This document shows, one piece after another, positions 18,129-28,364 of a stretch of 64,000 bases of DNA (positions are counted from its first letter, which is position 1; every line of letters begins with the position of its first letter). A program made the translations under genes and the position numbers. The stretch is from a virus (Duplodnaviria > Caudoviricetes), in the IMG/VR virus record IMGVR_UViG_3300020576_005257, positions 64,001-128,000 of that record; one strand, written 5' to 3'. The notes under the pieces are model-generated. The model saw only the letters and a program-made list of their open reading frames with translations. It ran no database searches and was not told the origin of the DNA.

Positions 18129-21127
18129 TGACACAATTTAACCAACGACAACTTCCTAGTATAAATCTAAGTGGTTCAGGTGTTATTGGGTTTATTCCTG
18201 TTGAGAAAATTGTAACTCTTACTAATGCTAGCTCTGGTACTTTTTTAAGAGGAGATGGTACCTGGCAAACTATTGTTGGTGGTTCTGGGGTATCAAGTGT
18301 AGGTTTAACTGTTCCTACAGGTTTTTCAGTTGGTGGTTCACCAGTAACCTCAGCGGGTGATTTAGCATTATCTTTTACAGCTGGCTATAGTTTGCCTACG
18401 AACATTAGTCAGTCTAATTGGGATACAGCTTATAGTTGGGGAAATCATGCTTTAGCTGGTTATGCTGCTTCAGGGCATACTCACACTGGAGTTTATCAAC
18501 CAGCTAATGCTACTTTAGATGCAGTTGCAAGTGGTACTTATACAGGTGATGATTCTATCACTACTGTAGGAACACTTTCAACTGGAACTATTCCTTGGTC
18601 TTTACTAAACTCTGTTCCAAGTACTTTTACACCCTCAACTCATACTTTAGATAGTCACAGTAATGTTAATATTACTTCAAATACTGCTGGAGAGATTCTT
18701 AAATGGGATGGTGGTAGTTGGGTTAACAACACTCTTGCAGAAGCTGGTATATCTGCAACTGGGCATGTTCATGCTTGGAGTGATATTACTACTGGCAAAC
18801 CTACTACACTTTCAGGTTATGGTATTACAGACGCTCAGCCATTAGATACAGATTTAACTAATATTGCGGCTTTAACTGGGACGAGTGGTTTCCTTAAAAC
18901 TAATGGTGCTAACACTTGGACAGTAGATACTAATACATATCTAACCACTAATCAGTCAATTACAGTTTCTGGGGAAGGCTCAGGCTCAGGTACTACCTCT
19001 ATAACATTAACTTTAAATAATGCCTCAGTAATTGGTAAAGTTTTGACTGGGTATACTTCAGGTGCTGGTACCGTTTCAGCTACAGATACTATACTTCAAG
19101 CCATACAGAAACTTAATGGCAATGATTCTCTTGCAGTTGTAGCTAATGGAGCAATAACAGGCGCAACCAAAACTAAGCTAACTTATGATGCAAAAGGACT
19201 TATAACTTCTGGCGCGGATGCAACAACTGCTGATATTGCAGACTCTTCCAACAAGAGATATGTAACAGATGCTCAGTTAACAGTTGTTGGCAATACTTCA
19301 GGAACTAATACAGGAGATGAGACTAGGCTTAGCTTAATCAATAAAATTGGTTTAGCAACTACTTCAGTAACAGGGGTTCTTAGTGCAACTGATTGGACTA
19401 CCTTTAATAATAAGGAATCCTCCATTACAACAGGCGCAACAGGTCAATTTTGGAGAGGGGATAAAACCTGGGCTACTATTCCTTGGAATGCTTTAAGTAA
19501 CCCTACAGCAAATGAAACTTTAACAATGTCTACCTTCAGAACTACTTGGAATTATTCAGGTACTATGAGTGGTAACGCATTTTCATTAATAGGTGCTTCT
19601 AATACTTTTGGAAGTAGTTATGCAATGTTTGCCATTGAAAATGGTACTGATTCTTCTATTGATTTAGCAAAATTTAGTAGTGATGGGGTAACTAAGTTTT
19701 TAGTTAACTTTGCAGGTAATGTTTATATATCATCGTTAACTTCAGGTAGAGTTCCTTACATTGGAACGAGTGGTCTTTTACAAGATTCAGCTAACTTTAC
19801 ATTTGATGGTACTAAAATATCTCTTCCAACTACTGGAAATACTGGAGGTCTTAGTATTGGTGGAGATACCAACCTTTATAGGTCTGCTGCTGATATTCTT
19901 AAAACCGATGATGCTTTTGTTGCAAATAGTTTCAATAAAGTTAATATTACAGCTCCAGCTACTTCAGCTACCTTAACAATAGCAGATGGTCAAACTCTTA
20001 CAGTTAATGGTTCTGCAACTATTACTAATGGCACACACTCTGGTACAAATACTGGCGATCAAACAATCACTCTTACAGGAGATACAACTGGTTCAGGTAC
20101 TGGTTCTTTTGCAACTACAACAAGCAAGTTAAATGGTACTTCACTTGCTGGATTGGGGACTGGTTTATTAAAAAATACAACTGGTACAGGTGTACCAAGT
20201 ATTGCAGTTAACTCTGACTTACCAACAATGAGTGCAACTGTTGGTGGTGCTGTACCAACTCCACCAAATAACACAACAACTTTTTTAAGAGGGGATGCAA
20301 CTTTTGCAACTCCTACTACTACAAATATTACTGAAGGTACTAATCTTTATTGGACTACTGACAGAGGACTAGCTACAACATTAACTGGTTTTACTAATTC
20401 AGGAACTGGTGTTATAAGTAGTTCAGATACTATTTTATCATCTATCCAGAAACTAGATAGCGCAGACAGAGGAATTCCAACTTATAGATTAATAGTTGAC
20501 GATTTTGTTGCAGGTAGCACTAGTACCCAGCAAATTGGTGAATTGAAATGGTATATTCCTAATGGTACAATAACAAGACCCACCCCAGTCTCTGGACATC
20601 CTGGAGCTTTTACAGCTACTTCAGCTACCACTCAGTACAGCTCAGCTATTGTATGTTTACATGGTCCTGGTAACGTTACAGGTGTAAATTATTCAGATAT
20701 AGAAAGAATGACTTGGGTTATCAAAACTGGATCAGACATGACTAATGGAGTTTGGTTGTTTGGTTGTTACGGTAATTCAATTTATGATTCTTATTTTGGT
20801 AATGAAGCATTAACTTTTGAGCATTTATCATTTGGTGGTACAGCTACTTGGAAAGGAACATGTAGACATGGTGGTAGTACTTCTACTGTTAATACAGTTG
20901 GTGCTACTGTATTAGCTAACACTTGGTATCAATTAGATATTTTGAGAGTTGCTTCAAATAATTGGAGTTTTTTTGTTAATGGTGTAAATATAGGTACTAT
21001 TACAAACAATCAACCCAGTGGTACTGCTGGTTTTGGTGCAAATGTACAAACTTATGCAAATCCTGGTGCTCGGGAATATACTCTTGATTATTTTTCTGTC
21101 GTATTAAAAACTGGTAATAGGTATTAA
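18128..21127 (+). CDS. long tail fibre / receptor-binding protein
   Basis: 999 aa, T/G/S-rich; repeated FLRGDxTW, HxH, KPTTLSGYGITD, GTNTGD and DTILxxIQKL; C-terminal beta-sandwich, lectin-like domain. Confidence 0.85.
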   Translation: MTQFNQRQLPSINLSGSGVIGFIPVEKIVTLTNASSGTFLRGDGTWQTIVGGSGVSSVGLTVPTGFSVGGSPVTSAGDLALSFTAGYSLPTNISQSNWDTAYSWGNHALAGYAASGHTHTGVYQPANATLDAVASGTYTGDDSITTVGTLSTGTIPWSLLNSVPSTFTPSTHTLDSHSNVNITSNTAGEILKWDGGSWVNNTLAEAGISATGHVHAWSDITTGKPTTLSGYGITDAQPLDTDLTNIAALTGTSGFLKTNGANTWTVDTNTYLTTNQSITVSGEGSGSGTTSITLTLNNASVIGKVLTGYTSGAGTVSATDTILQAIQKLNGNDSLAVVANGAITGATKTKLTYDAKGLITSGADATTADIADSSNKRYVTDAQLTVVGNTSGTNTGDETRLSLINKIGLATTSVTGVLSATDWTTFNNKESSITTGATGQFWRGDKTWATIPWNALSNPTANETLTMSTFRTTWNYSGTMSGNAFSLIGASNTFGSSYAMFAIENGTDSSIDLAKFSSDGVTKFLVNFAGNVYISSLTSGRVPYIGTSGLLQDSANFTFDGTKISLPTTGNTGGLSIGGDTNLYRSAADILKTDDAFVANSFNKVNITAPATSATLTIADGQTLTVNGSATITNGTHSGTNTGDQTITLTGDTTGSGTGSFATTTSKLNGTSLAGLGTGLLKNTTGTGVPSIAVNSDLPTMSATVGGAVPTPPNNTTTFLRGDATFATPTTTNITEGTNLYWTTDRGLATTLTGFTNSGTGVISSSDTILSSIQKLDSADRGIPTYRLIVDDFVAGSTSTQQIGELKWYIPNGTITRPTPVSGHPGAFTATSATTQYSSAIVCLHGPGNVTGVNYSDIERMTWVIKTGSDMTNGVWLFGCYGNSIYDSYFGNEALTFEHLSFGGTATWKGTCRHGGSTSTVNTVGATVLANTWYQLDILRVASNNWSFFVNGVNIGTITNNQPSGTAGFGANVQTYANPGAREYTLDYFSVVLKTGNRY

Positions 21128-21229
21128 TTTCTCTTTATACAATAAATTTTTAACAAATCAAATTAGTTAAATACAAAATTTATATGTTTAATCTGAGTAT
21201 TTTACTCTATTTGATTGGAGGTAAAAAGA

Positions 21230-21751
21230 ATGAATAACATATTGATTTCTTTAAGCCTGATTCTTCTTTTTCTTTATCAACGTCATCAATATGGGGTAGT
21301 TAAAAAAGCTATTCTGAAGTTACAATCTATTGATAACGAATCTGATAATAGACTAGATTATCTAGAATCTGATTCTAGGTTGTTCTGGAAAATGAGAGGT
21401 AAACTAGTTATGCTACTCGAAAAAATTACTCAATTAAAAACCCAGGTTGACATGCTTGCTGTTGATCTTGCAACTGTTGTTGCTGATCTTAGAAATGCTA
21501 CTAATGCTCTTAGACTCGCTAATAGCGATTTGCAAGCTGCCCTTGTTGCTGAAGAGGCTGATGATGCTGCTCTTGAAGCTAGAACACTAGTTGCTGAAGC
21601 TAAATCTGCTGAAGTAGATGCTGCACTTGTGCAACTTGATGGTGTTACTGCTGCTGTAGTTGCCATGTCAGAATCCCTTCAACCCGCACCAGCTCCTGAG
21701 CCAGAACCAGAAGTTCCTGCTCCTGTTGTTACAGAAGATGACGGTGCTTAA
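21230..21751 (+). CDS. N-terminally membrane-anchored coiled-coil protein with a Pro/Glu tail
   Basis: GGAGG before ATG 21230; hydrophobic ILISLSLILLFLY; Ala-rich coil. Confidence 0.65.
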   Translation: MNNILISLSLILLFLYQRHQYGVVKKAILKLQSIDNESDNRLDYLESDSRLFWKMRGKLVMLLEKITQLKTQVDMLAVDLATVVADLRNATNALRLANSDLQAALVAEEADDAALEARTLVAEAKSAEVDAALVQLDGVTAAVVAMSESLQPAPAPEPEPEVPAPVVTEDDGA

Positions 21752-21771
21752 GTAACTTTTGTTACTTCCTG

Positions 21772-21802
21772 AAGAAGCCCTTTTAAAGGGCTTCTTTCTT
21801 TT
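21772..21802 (+). terminator. rho-independent terminator
   Basis: AAGAAGCCCT-TTTAA-AGGGCTTCTT followed by TCTTTT. Confidence 0.8.
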
Positions 21803-21815
21803 ACACTAACTTTAT

Positions 21816-22682
21816 ATGAAATCTTTTTCTTTAACTCCTCCTAAATTACAGCTACAAGAAACTTCTACTGAACAGAAGAAAGCATTACTCAAACAAACTA
21901 ATAGTAGTTTAATTTGGTCATTAGCTATGGAGTATCAAGCTAGTGTTTTGGAATCAAAAGGTTGGGAAATTTATCGTCAATATACTCATCCTCTTTTCAC
22001 AAAGTTTAATTCTAATCATGATGGTTTTATAGTTGAAGTAGACTTTACCATAGATGAAGATCAATATAATGATATTGATTCTAAGTATGGTAAGATGATT
22101 TATGATAGAACATATAAAACTCACGCCATCAAGCTTCCAGAAAATGTTCTTACTGGACCTTATCCCATTAGCAAATTAGCTGAGTATCAAGTATCAAGTA
22201 TACTAGGAGAAGAATATACAGCTAGTGGTTATAAGTATCCTGTTGATAGGAATCAAGCTTTTGATTATAATGGTATTTATGAACTAGATGAACATAAGCA
22301 AATTATTTTATCTTTTCTGGAGGGATTGGATGTTAAGCCTACTGTTATTAAGTTATCTGATTTACCCAACCCCCTAGAAGCATTAGCTACTTGTACATTT
22401 AAAGCTATAGCAATTGATAATATTGATAGTGAAATATGTGTTATAATGAATTCTACATATAAGGGCTTTGACAACATGAGAGAAAATCCTTGTGTGATTA
22501 TTCCAATAAAAGAATCAGCATATAATCCAAGAACTATTACCACTTTTGCTTCCCAGATTTTTTATAGGGACAATGAAAAAAAGAATGAACAAGTAAAATC
22601 TATTGGTGCTGGTTGGAAGATAAGAAATCAAACTAATCATAACTATATTGAATTTTTGAAACAACAAGCTAAATCCAAATGA
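21816..22682 (+). CDS. hypothetical protein
   Basis: 288-aa ORF. Confidence 0.7.
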   Translation: MKSFSLTPPKLQLQETSTEQKKALLKQTNSSLIWSLAMEYQASVLESKGWEIYRQYTHPLFTKFNSNHDGFIVEVDFTIDEDQYNDIDSKYGKMIYDRTYKTHAIKLPENVLTGPYPISKLAEYQVSSILGEEYTASGYKYPVDRNQAFDYNGIYELDEHKQIILSFLEGLDVKPTVIKLSDLPNPLEALATCTFKAIAIDNIDSEICVIMNSTYKGFDNMRENPCVIIPIKESAYNPRTITTFASQIFYRDNEKKNEQVKSIGAGWKIRNQTNHNYIEFLKQQAKSK

Positions 22683-22918
22683 GATGTCGCTCTTGTAATC
22701 GGGATAATGTTGATACTGTAGTAAGAGCATTATCATATGGTAAAAAAGTAATAGAAGAATACTCTGTACTTAAGGTAGAAAAATATTGTATAGAGAACAA
22801 AGATCTATTTGGAGATATAGCTATTATTGAAGTTTTAGATATCTGTCCTAGATGTACTAAAGAAACTTTAAAAAGCAGAAAAATTTTGAATTTAAATGAA
22901 CAAACAACAGAAACCTAA
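22679..22918 (+). CDS. small zinc-ribbon protein
   Basis: CRSC ... CPRC. Confidence 0.6.
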   Translation: MRCRSCNRDNVDTVVRALSYGKKVIEEYSVLKVEKYCIENKDLFGDIAIIEVLDICPRCTKETLKSRKILNLNEQTTET

Positions 22919-23396
22919 ATCCTATCTTGATTTATTAGACTTATTTACTTTATTCTTAGATTGGTCAGTACAAACATATGGTTATGATGGTTTTACTAGA
23001 GCCCATAATACTGTAGCTAGGACAATATACCTAGAAGAACTTGAAAATAAAAGAGAAGATTTAATACAATACTCTATATTATGGGATATGAGTCTATGGA
23101 TTCATGATGGTAATTATTTACATCATCCTAAAGAAACTTTCTTTGATTTATTAGAAGAACTCCAAATTACCAATTTCTCACCTGATGAGATTGCTCCCTT
23201 TTTGGTTTTTGACGAAATGCTTTTTGAAGGAAAAGCAAGTAAATATATGGTTGACTCTTTCGATAAGATAGGGTACTATCCAGTATTGAAAAACAAGTAT
23301 GATCTTTACTTAAGGTCACTTATTAATTTTGGTGAATTAGTTGGCGAAAAAGAAATTCTCGGGGATACAGGAAGCTCAACATCCGGAAACGATTAG
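22896..23396 (+). CDS. hypothetical protein
   Basis: 166-aa ORF overlapping the polA start. Confidence 0.6.
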   Translation: MNKQQKPKSYLDLLDLFTLFLDWSVQTYGYDGFTRAHNTVARTIYLEELENKREDLIQYSILWDMSLWIHDGNYLHHPKETFFDLLEELQITNFSPDEIAPFLVFDEMLFEGKASKYMVDSFDKIGYYPVLKNKYDLYLRSLINFGELVGEKEILGDTGSSTSGND

Positions 23397-25518
23397 AAGA
23401 CTCTGCGGAGTTTCTAGAGATAAAAACGGAAAGTATATAGGTAAGTATGTGTACCTTTCAGGTGAAGCTGACCAAATCCTTTTAGAACAATTATGTGAAT
23501 CATGGCTTGAAACTTATAAACAAGATGATTCTTTTTATCTAACTATAGATCTTGAAACCCAAGGACTTGATCCAATTAACTGTCAAATCCTTTTAATATC
23601 AGTTTCTTGGAATGGCAGACACGCCGCAGTATTTTCCCCATACTTCTTATGGGGTAAAAAGAATAGTACAGGTGTTGGAAGAAGTTATGACTTATGGCTT
23701 GAAGTACTTAGAACTATTCCTATAAATAACCAGAATACAAAATTTGATGGTAAGTTCTTACTTGCTAAGTATAAAATTCTAATTAACTATCTATTTTGTA
23801 CTTTAAGTGGTGCCCAGCTTGGGTGGCCTGGAGCATTTCCAGGTGATAGGTTTGCTTTAGATGTTATTGCTAAGAACCTTCTAAAGCCGATAGAGCTTTC
23901 TAAAGAACTACAGACAAGTTTTGTAGGCCAACCAGTTGAACAAGAGTTCACAGAGGATCAAGTAGCCTATGCTGCCAGTGATACACTTATTACTCATCGT
24001 CTTTTTCCTAAGATTAAACAAAGATTAGTAAATGAGGGTTTGTGGCATCTTTGGGAGGAGATGGAGTGTAAATGTATTTCATTTCTCACTAAGTCAGAAT
24101 ACAAAGGTATTTTAGTAGACAATGATGCTATTAATACTAGTTATGAAACTAATCTCGATAAGGTCTATCAACTAGAGCTTGCATTAAATGAAGAGTACTT
24201 AAAAATTCCTGAAGATATAAGACCTGTATTTCCTAAAGAAATTTTTAATGCTAAATCTTACAAACAGATATTAGAAGTAGCTGATGTTTTAGGTATTAAA
24301 CTTAGTGGTACAGGCCTTGACATTCTTAAAGAGATTAGAGTACAACACCCACATAAAATTTTAGATTTACTTGTAGACCATAAAGAAATCTATACTAGAT
24401 ATATTAAAACTATTAAGAAATGGGTAGAAGAATGTATTAATCCTGTTACTGGATGTATTCACCCTACCTACTATGTAAATGGTGCTTGGCGCACAAGTCG
24501 TCTTTCATCGTCGGACCCCAATAGCCAGAACATCCCTCCAGAGCTTAGAAGTTGCTTTATAGCTAGAAAAGATCATAAATTAGTTACTACGGACTTAAGT
24601 CAATTTGAATTTAGAGGTTGTGCAGGCATTACTCGTGAACAATATTTAATTGATGTCTTCCATAGAAGAGCAGAGAAACTGGAGGAGATTAGAGGGCTTG
24701 CTAAAAAGTACGGCTACATTGATCCTGATGGTTTTGTTAAAGATGTGCGTAAAGGTAAAGTAGCCAATATCACTAAAGGAGAAACTGAATTTGCTGTTTA
24801 TTTTGGTACTCTTGATATTCATAGAATGAATGCTGCCCTAATTTTTGGCTGTAAAGTTGAAGATGTAACAGATGTAGCTAGAACTATTACTAAAACATTA
24901 GGCTATGCTTTACTTTATGGTTCTGGTCCTGGGACCATTATGGAGCAACTTTATGGTGAAGGTATTACTGATATTCCTATCAAAGATATTATTAAGCACA
25001 GAGAAACTTTCTTTTCTGAGCTTCCTAAGGTAAAAGCTTTTATTGAACAAGTACATAAAGACGTATTGAATCCTGGCTATATTCAAAATACTATGGGAAG
25101 AAGAAGATACTTCTCACTTCCTCCCAAGTATATGGGCAATAAGTATACTAGAGAACTTGCTGATGCTCAAAGAGAAGCTGTTAACTGGCATTTCCAATCT
25201 AGTAATGCAGATGCTCTTAAAATGGCTATGCCTATGATGGATGAAATATTTATGGCAAAATACTCAGAAATGTATAAATTTAATCCTCAAATGGAGTATA
25301 ATAATGAGGTAGAGGAAACGTTTTATAGGTTATTTGGTGATGTTCCAATTTGCCTTTTAAATGTGCATGATGAAGTAGTTGTAGAAGCTCATCAAGATAT
25401 CGTAGATGATACTGCATCAATTACAGTTGCTTGTATGGTAGAATGTGGGGGTAAATCCATAAACTATTCTTGCCCTATAGAGTCGAGTGTAATTATTTCA
25501 GATTCCTGGGCAAAGTGA
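23341..25518 (+). CDS. polA: family A DNA polymerase with 3'-5' exonuclease, lacking a 5' nuclease domain
   Basis: ExoI DLETQG, ExoII NTKFD, ExoIII YAASD, motif A DLSQFEFR, motif B RTITKTLGYALLYG, motif C VHDE. Confidence 0.95.
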   Translation: MAKKKFSGIQEAQHPETIRRLCGVSRDKNGKYIGKYVYLSGEADQILLEQLCESWLETYKQDDSFYLTIDLETQGLDPINCQILLISVSWNGRHAAVFSPYFLWGKKNSTGVGRSYDLWLEVLRTIPINNQNTKFDGKFLLAKYKILINYLFCTLSGAQLGWPGAFPGDRFALDVIAKNLLKPIELSKELQTSFVGQPVEQEFTEDQVAYAASDTLITHRLFPKIKQRLVNEGLWHLWEEMECKCISFLTKSEYKGILVDNDAINTSYETNLDKVYQLELALNEEYLKIPEDIRPVFPKEIFNAKSYKQILEVADVLGIKLSGTGLDILKEIRVQHPHKILDLLVDHKEIYTRYIKTIKKWVEECINPVTGCIHPTYYVNGAWRTSRLSSSDPNSQNIPPELRSCFIARKDHKLVTTDLSQFEFRGCAGITREQYLIDVFHRRAEKLEEIRGLAKKYGYIDPDGFVKDVRKGKVANITKGETEFAVYFGTLDIHRMNAALIFGCKVEDVTDVARTITKTLGYALLYGSGPGTIMEQLYGEGITDIPIKDIIKHRETFFSELPKVKAFIEQVHKDVLNPGYIQNTMGRRRYFSLPPKYMGNKYTRELADAQREAVNWHFQSSNADALKMAMPMMDEIFMAKYSEMYKFNPQMEYNNEVEETFYRLFGDVPICLLNVHDEVVVEAHQDIVDDTASITVACMVECGGKSINYSCPIESSVIISDSWAK

Positions 25519-25557
25519 CCTTATTAACATAGGATTACTGTTCCTTCTATTGAGCAT

Positions 25558-26397
25558 ATGGTAGAAGTTTATTTGATATTAAATACACTTAATGGAAATG
25601 TTTATATAGGTCAATCTGTAAATCTAAAAGTCAGATGGGGTCAACATCGTTATTCTTTAAGAAACAGTAAACATCATTGTCCTCATCTTCAAAGAGCCTG
25701 GTCGAAATATGGAGAAGAATCATTTGATTGGATAGTAGTAGAAAGTAACCTTTCTCAAGAGGAAGCTAACTTATACGAACAAGCTTATATTGAGTGGTAT
25801 GCTGGACTAGAATTAGCATATAATCCAACTTGGAGGCATAAAGGTAAAGGAAAAATGTCTGCTGAACAAATTTCTAGAATCTCAGAAAACCATAAGAGAT
25901 TAGGAATTAGGCCTCCTACTAGAAAAGGAATTTCACCTTCTCTAGAAGCTATTGAAAAGCAGAAACAGACATACCAAAAAAATGCTCCACCAAAGAAAAA
26001 ACATTATTGTTCTACTTGTGGAAATGAGAAATCTTTTTATTATCGAAAATACTGTGATAAGTGCTTAGATAAAGCAAGAAAAGATTATGCAAAAACTCGC
26101 ATCTGTTCTGAAGAACAAAGAAAAAAAATTAGTGAGTCCAAAAAGGGTATATTTCCTTCTCAAGAATCTAAGAAAAAAATCAGTGAATCTAGTAAAGGAA
26201 AAGTTCCTAAAAACCTAACTTCTCTTCATGAAGCGAGTAGAAGAACATTCACAGTTGTTGATCCTGAAGGAAATGTAATAACAGCTTCAGGTCTAACTAA
26301 ATTTGCTTTAGAACATAATTTACATAGAAGGATGTTTAGAGATCTTTTATCTGGTAAAATAAAAGTATACAAAGGTTGGACTTTACCACAAGAGTAA
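25558..26397 (+). mobile_element. free-standing GIY-YIG homing endonuclease with NUMOD3-like repeats
   Basis: VYLILNTLNGNVYIGQS, RWGQH, LQRAWSKYG; KKISESxKG repeats; CSTC/CDKC zinc finger. Confidence 0.9.
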
Positions 26398-26421
26398 GAT
26401 AAATTTAATAAAGAGAAAAAC

Positions 26422-27492
26422 ATGGCAAACGAACTAGATTCCATTATAACAAAGATTAACAATAGGTATGCTAAAGGCACTACTGATACTAAACCTATTA
26501 TCGTAAGAGGTGAAGCTATTAAGGAAACCCTTAAGCCTGTATATGTCCCAACTGGCATTCAAGAATTAGATGATGCTCTTGGTGGTGGTATTCCTAAAGG
26601 AGCTAGTATTTGCGTATATGGGGATCCAGGTTGTGGTAAAACTAGCTTAGCCTTAATGGTTATAGTTCAAATTCAAAAGGCTGGGGGAGTGGCTGTATGG
26701 GTTAATGCTGAGCCCCCGTTTCCGTATGAGGCAGCTATGATGTTAGGAGTTGATTTAGATGCTCTTTATATTATCAATGCTAAAGATTATGGTGAGCAGA
26801 TTCTTGACGTTCTTAGAGAGTTACTCTTTGATTCTAAAAATCGAATTACCAGAAGTGTTGTTGATATAGTTGCAGTTGACTCTATTAATGGCCTCATTCC
26901 TAAGGCTCAGATCGACAGTGTGGAAGACAAAGGGTCAGAGGGTCATACAATGGGTAGAAGGGCTGCAATGCTCTCTAAATGGCTTGAGGAGGTAGCAGGA
27001 AGAGCTATGCTTCGAGAAGGAGCTATCCTTTTTAATATTGCTCAAAAGAGAGTTGATATTAATGCTTATGGTGCTCCTGAAAAAGCTTCTGGAGGAAAGG
27101 GTTTACAGTTCCTTGCTAAGGTTACTGTATGGATGAAGAAGAAGAGAATTGATGGTGTTTCATGGGCTTTAGGCCATGAAGTTGCTTTCGGTGTTGAAAA
27201 GAACAATGTCTCTTGTAAATTAGGAGAAGGTTCTTATCAGGTAATGTATGGAATAGGAGTTAATGACTCTTTAAAAATCATTACTGAAGCCTTTGAAAAG
27301 AATTTAATTCAAAAAGTAAAAGGAAAAGTTTATCAGGTGGTATTGCCCGATGAGGTAGTAACATTTGATGAGGGCATTGATTCTGTTAGAAATCACATTA
27401 AATCAAATGTTGAATTCAAAAATAGGATCAAAAAAGCTCTTGAAGATGGTTTCAATCCAAACGAAACCAATAACGAAAATACAGGTGAATAA
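26422..27492 (+). CDS. recA: RecA/UvsX-like recombinase
   Basis: PTGIQELDDALGGGIPKG, Walker A GDPGCGKT, VAVDS, SGGKGLQF, EKNN. Confidence 0.92.
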   Translation: MANELDSIITKINNRYAKGTTDTKPIIVRGEAIKETLKPVYVPTGIQELDDALGGGIPKGASICVYGDPGCGKTSLALMVIVQIQKAGGVAVWVNAEPPFPYEAAMMLGVDLDALYIINAKDYGEQILDVLRELLFDSKNRITRSVVDIVAVDSINGLIPKAQIDSVEDKGSEGHTMGRRAAMLSKWLEEVAGRAMLREGAILFNIAQKRVDINAYGAPEKASGGKGLQFLAKVTVWMKKKRIDGVSWALGHEVAFGVEKNNVSCKLGEGSYQVMYGIGVNDSLKIITEAFEKNLIQKVKGKVYQVVLPDEVVTFDEGIDSVRNHIKSNVEFKNRIKKALEDGFNPNETNNENTGE

Positions 27493-27499
27493 CTAAAAA

Positions 27500-27943
27500 A
27501 TGATTACAGCTCAAGCTCTGGGTCGCTTAACAAGAGATCCAGAAACGAAAACACTTAAAAACGGAACTATTACCGTTTTTACCGTTGCGTCTACTAATCG
27601 AGGAAAAAGTAACGATGAACAACCTACCTCAACTTTTGTGAACTGCTCCTTCTGGGGTCCCAGAGGTGAAACGTTTGCTAAATTCCACAAGAAGGGTCAA
27701 ATGGCTTTTGTGTGGGGTGAACTCTTTGAGAGATCTTATGAAGGAGCTAATGGTCCTGGGAAGTCTCTTGATATGACTGTTTCTGATTTCGGATTCCCAG
27801 AATCTAGAAAGTCAAATGATTCTGATGAAGAAGCTCCAGCTGTAGGGATCAAACCTACTGCTAAAACTAGTACTGCTCCCAGAGCAAAGGTAGGAGCTAA
27901 GTCTAGTAGTATTGATGACTATGACCCCTTCGCTGAAGACTAA
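27500..27943 (+). CDS. ssb: single-stranded DNA-binding protein
   Basis: GRLTRDPE, FTVA, KKGQMAFVWGEL, acidic tail DDYDPF. Confidence 0.92.
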   Translation: MITAQALGRLTRDPETKTLKNGTITVFTVASTNRGKSNDEQPTSTFVNCSFWGPRGETFAKFHKKGQMAFVWGELFERSYEGANGPGKSLDMTVSDFGFPESRKSNDSDEEAPAVGIKPTAKTSTAPRAKVGAKSSSIDDYDPFAED

Positions 27944-28364
27944 TCAGACATTTAAGTTTGTAGTAGTAGGTACCTCTTATATTAAGGGGGCCTACTTACA
28001 ATGTATTTCGGCGGAAAGCGGTATTCCGTTGGAATTAAGAAGTGAACCTGACAATGAGTATGATAAAGATGCTATTGGGGTTTACTTAGATGATATGAAA
28101 ATAGGCTATGTTCCTAATCAAGGATTTTCATGTTCAAACTGTTGGGCACCAATGGATCCTAAAACATATGCCTGTAAAGAATGCGGTGAACATGAACACA
28201 TCGTAGAAAGAGGACTGGCTACTAGGTTAACAAATCTAAAAGTTCTGGAGTCAAAACACGGTTGTGTAATAACCGAAATAAAAGAAAAGCAGAAGTCTGC
28301 TCCGTTATCTGTAACGTTGGTTACAGCAATGGATCCGACATTTTCTTCCTTAAATGAGGAATAA
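27912..28364 (+). CDS. HIRAN-domain protein with an inserted zinc ribbon
   Basis: VVGTSY, LRSEPDNEYDKDAIGV, KIGYVP; CSNC/CKEC. Confidence 0.85.
   Translation: MMTMTPSLKTNQTFKFVVVGTSYIKGAYLQCISAESGIPLELRSEPDNEYDKDAIGVYLDDMKIGYVPNQGFSCSNCWAPMDPKTYACKECGEHEHIVERGLATRLTNLKVLESKHGCVITEIKEKQKSAPLSVTLVTAMDPTFSSLNEE

Noticed and set aside
13888-21127. Diversity-generating retroelement, suggested by the Mtd_N-like N-terminus
   Set aside because: No reverse transcriptase and no template/variable repeat pair differing at adenines was seen; this anchor domain is common in ordinary fibres
25519-26421. Group I intron or target duplication around the polA-recA GIY-YIG gene
   Set aside because: polA and recA both appear complete, the flanks are only about 40 and 25 nt, and no duplicated gene end was found
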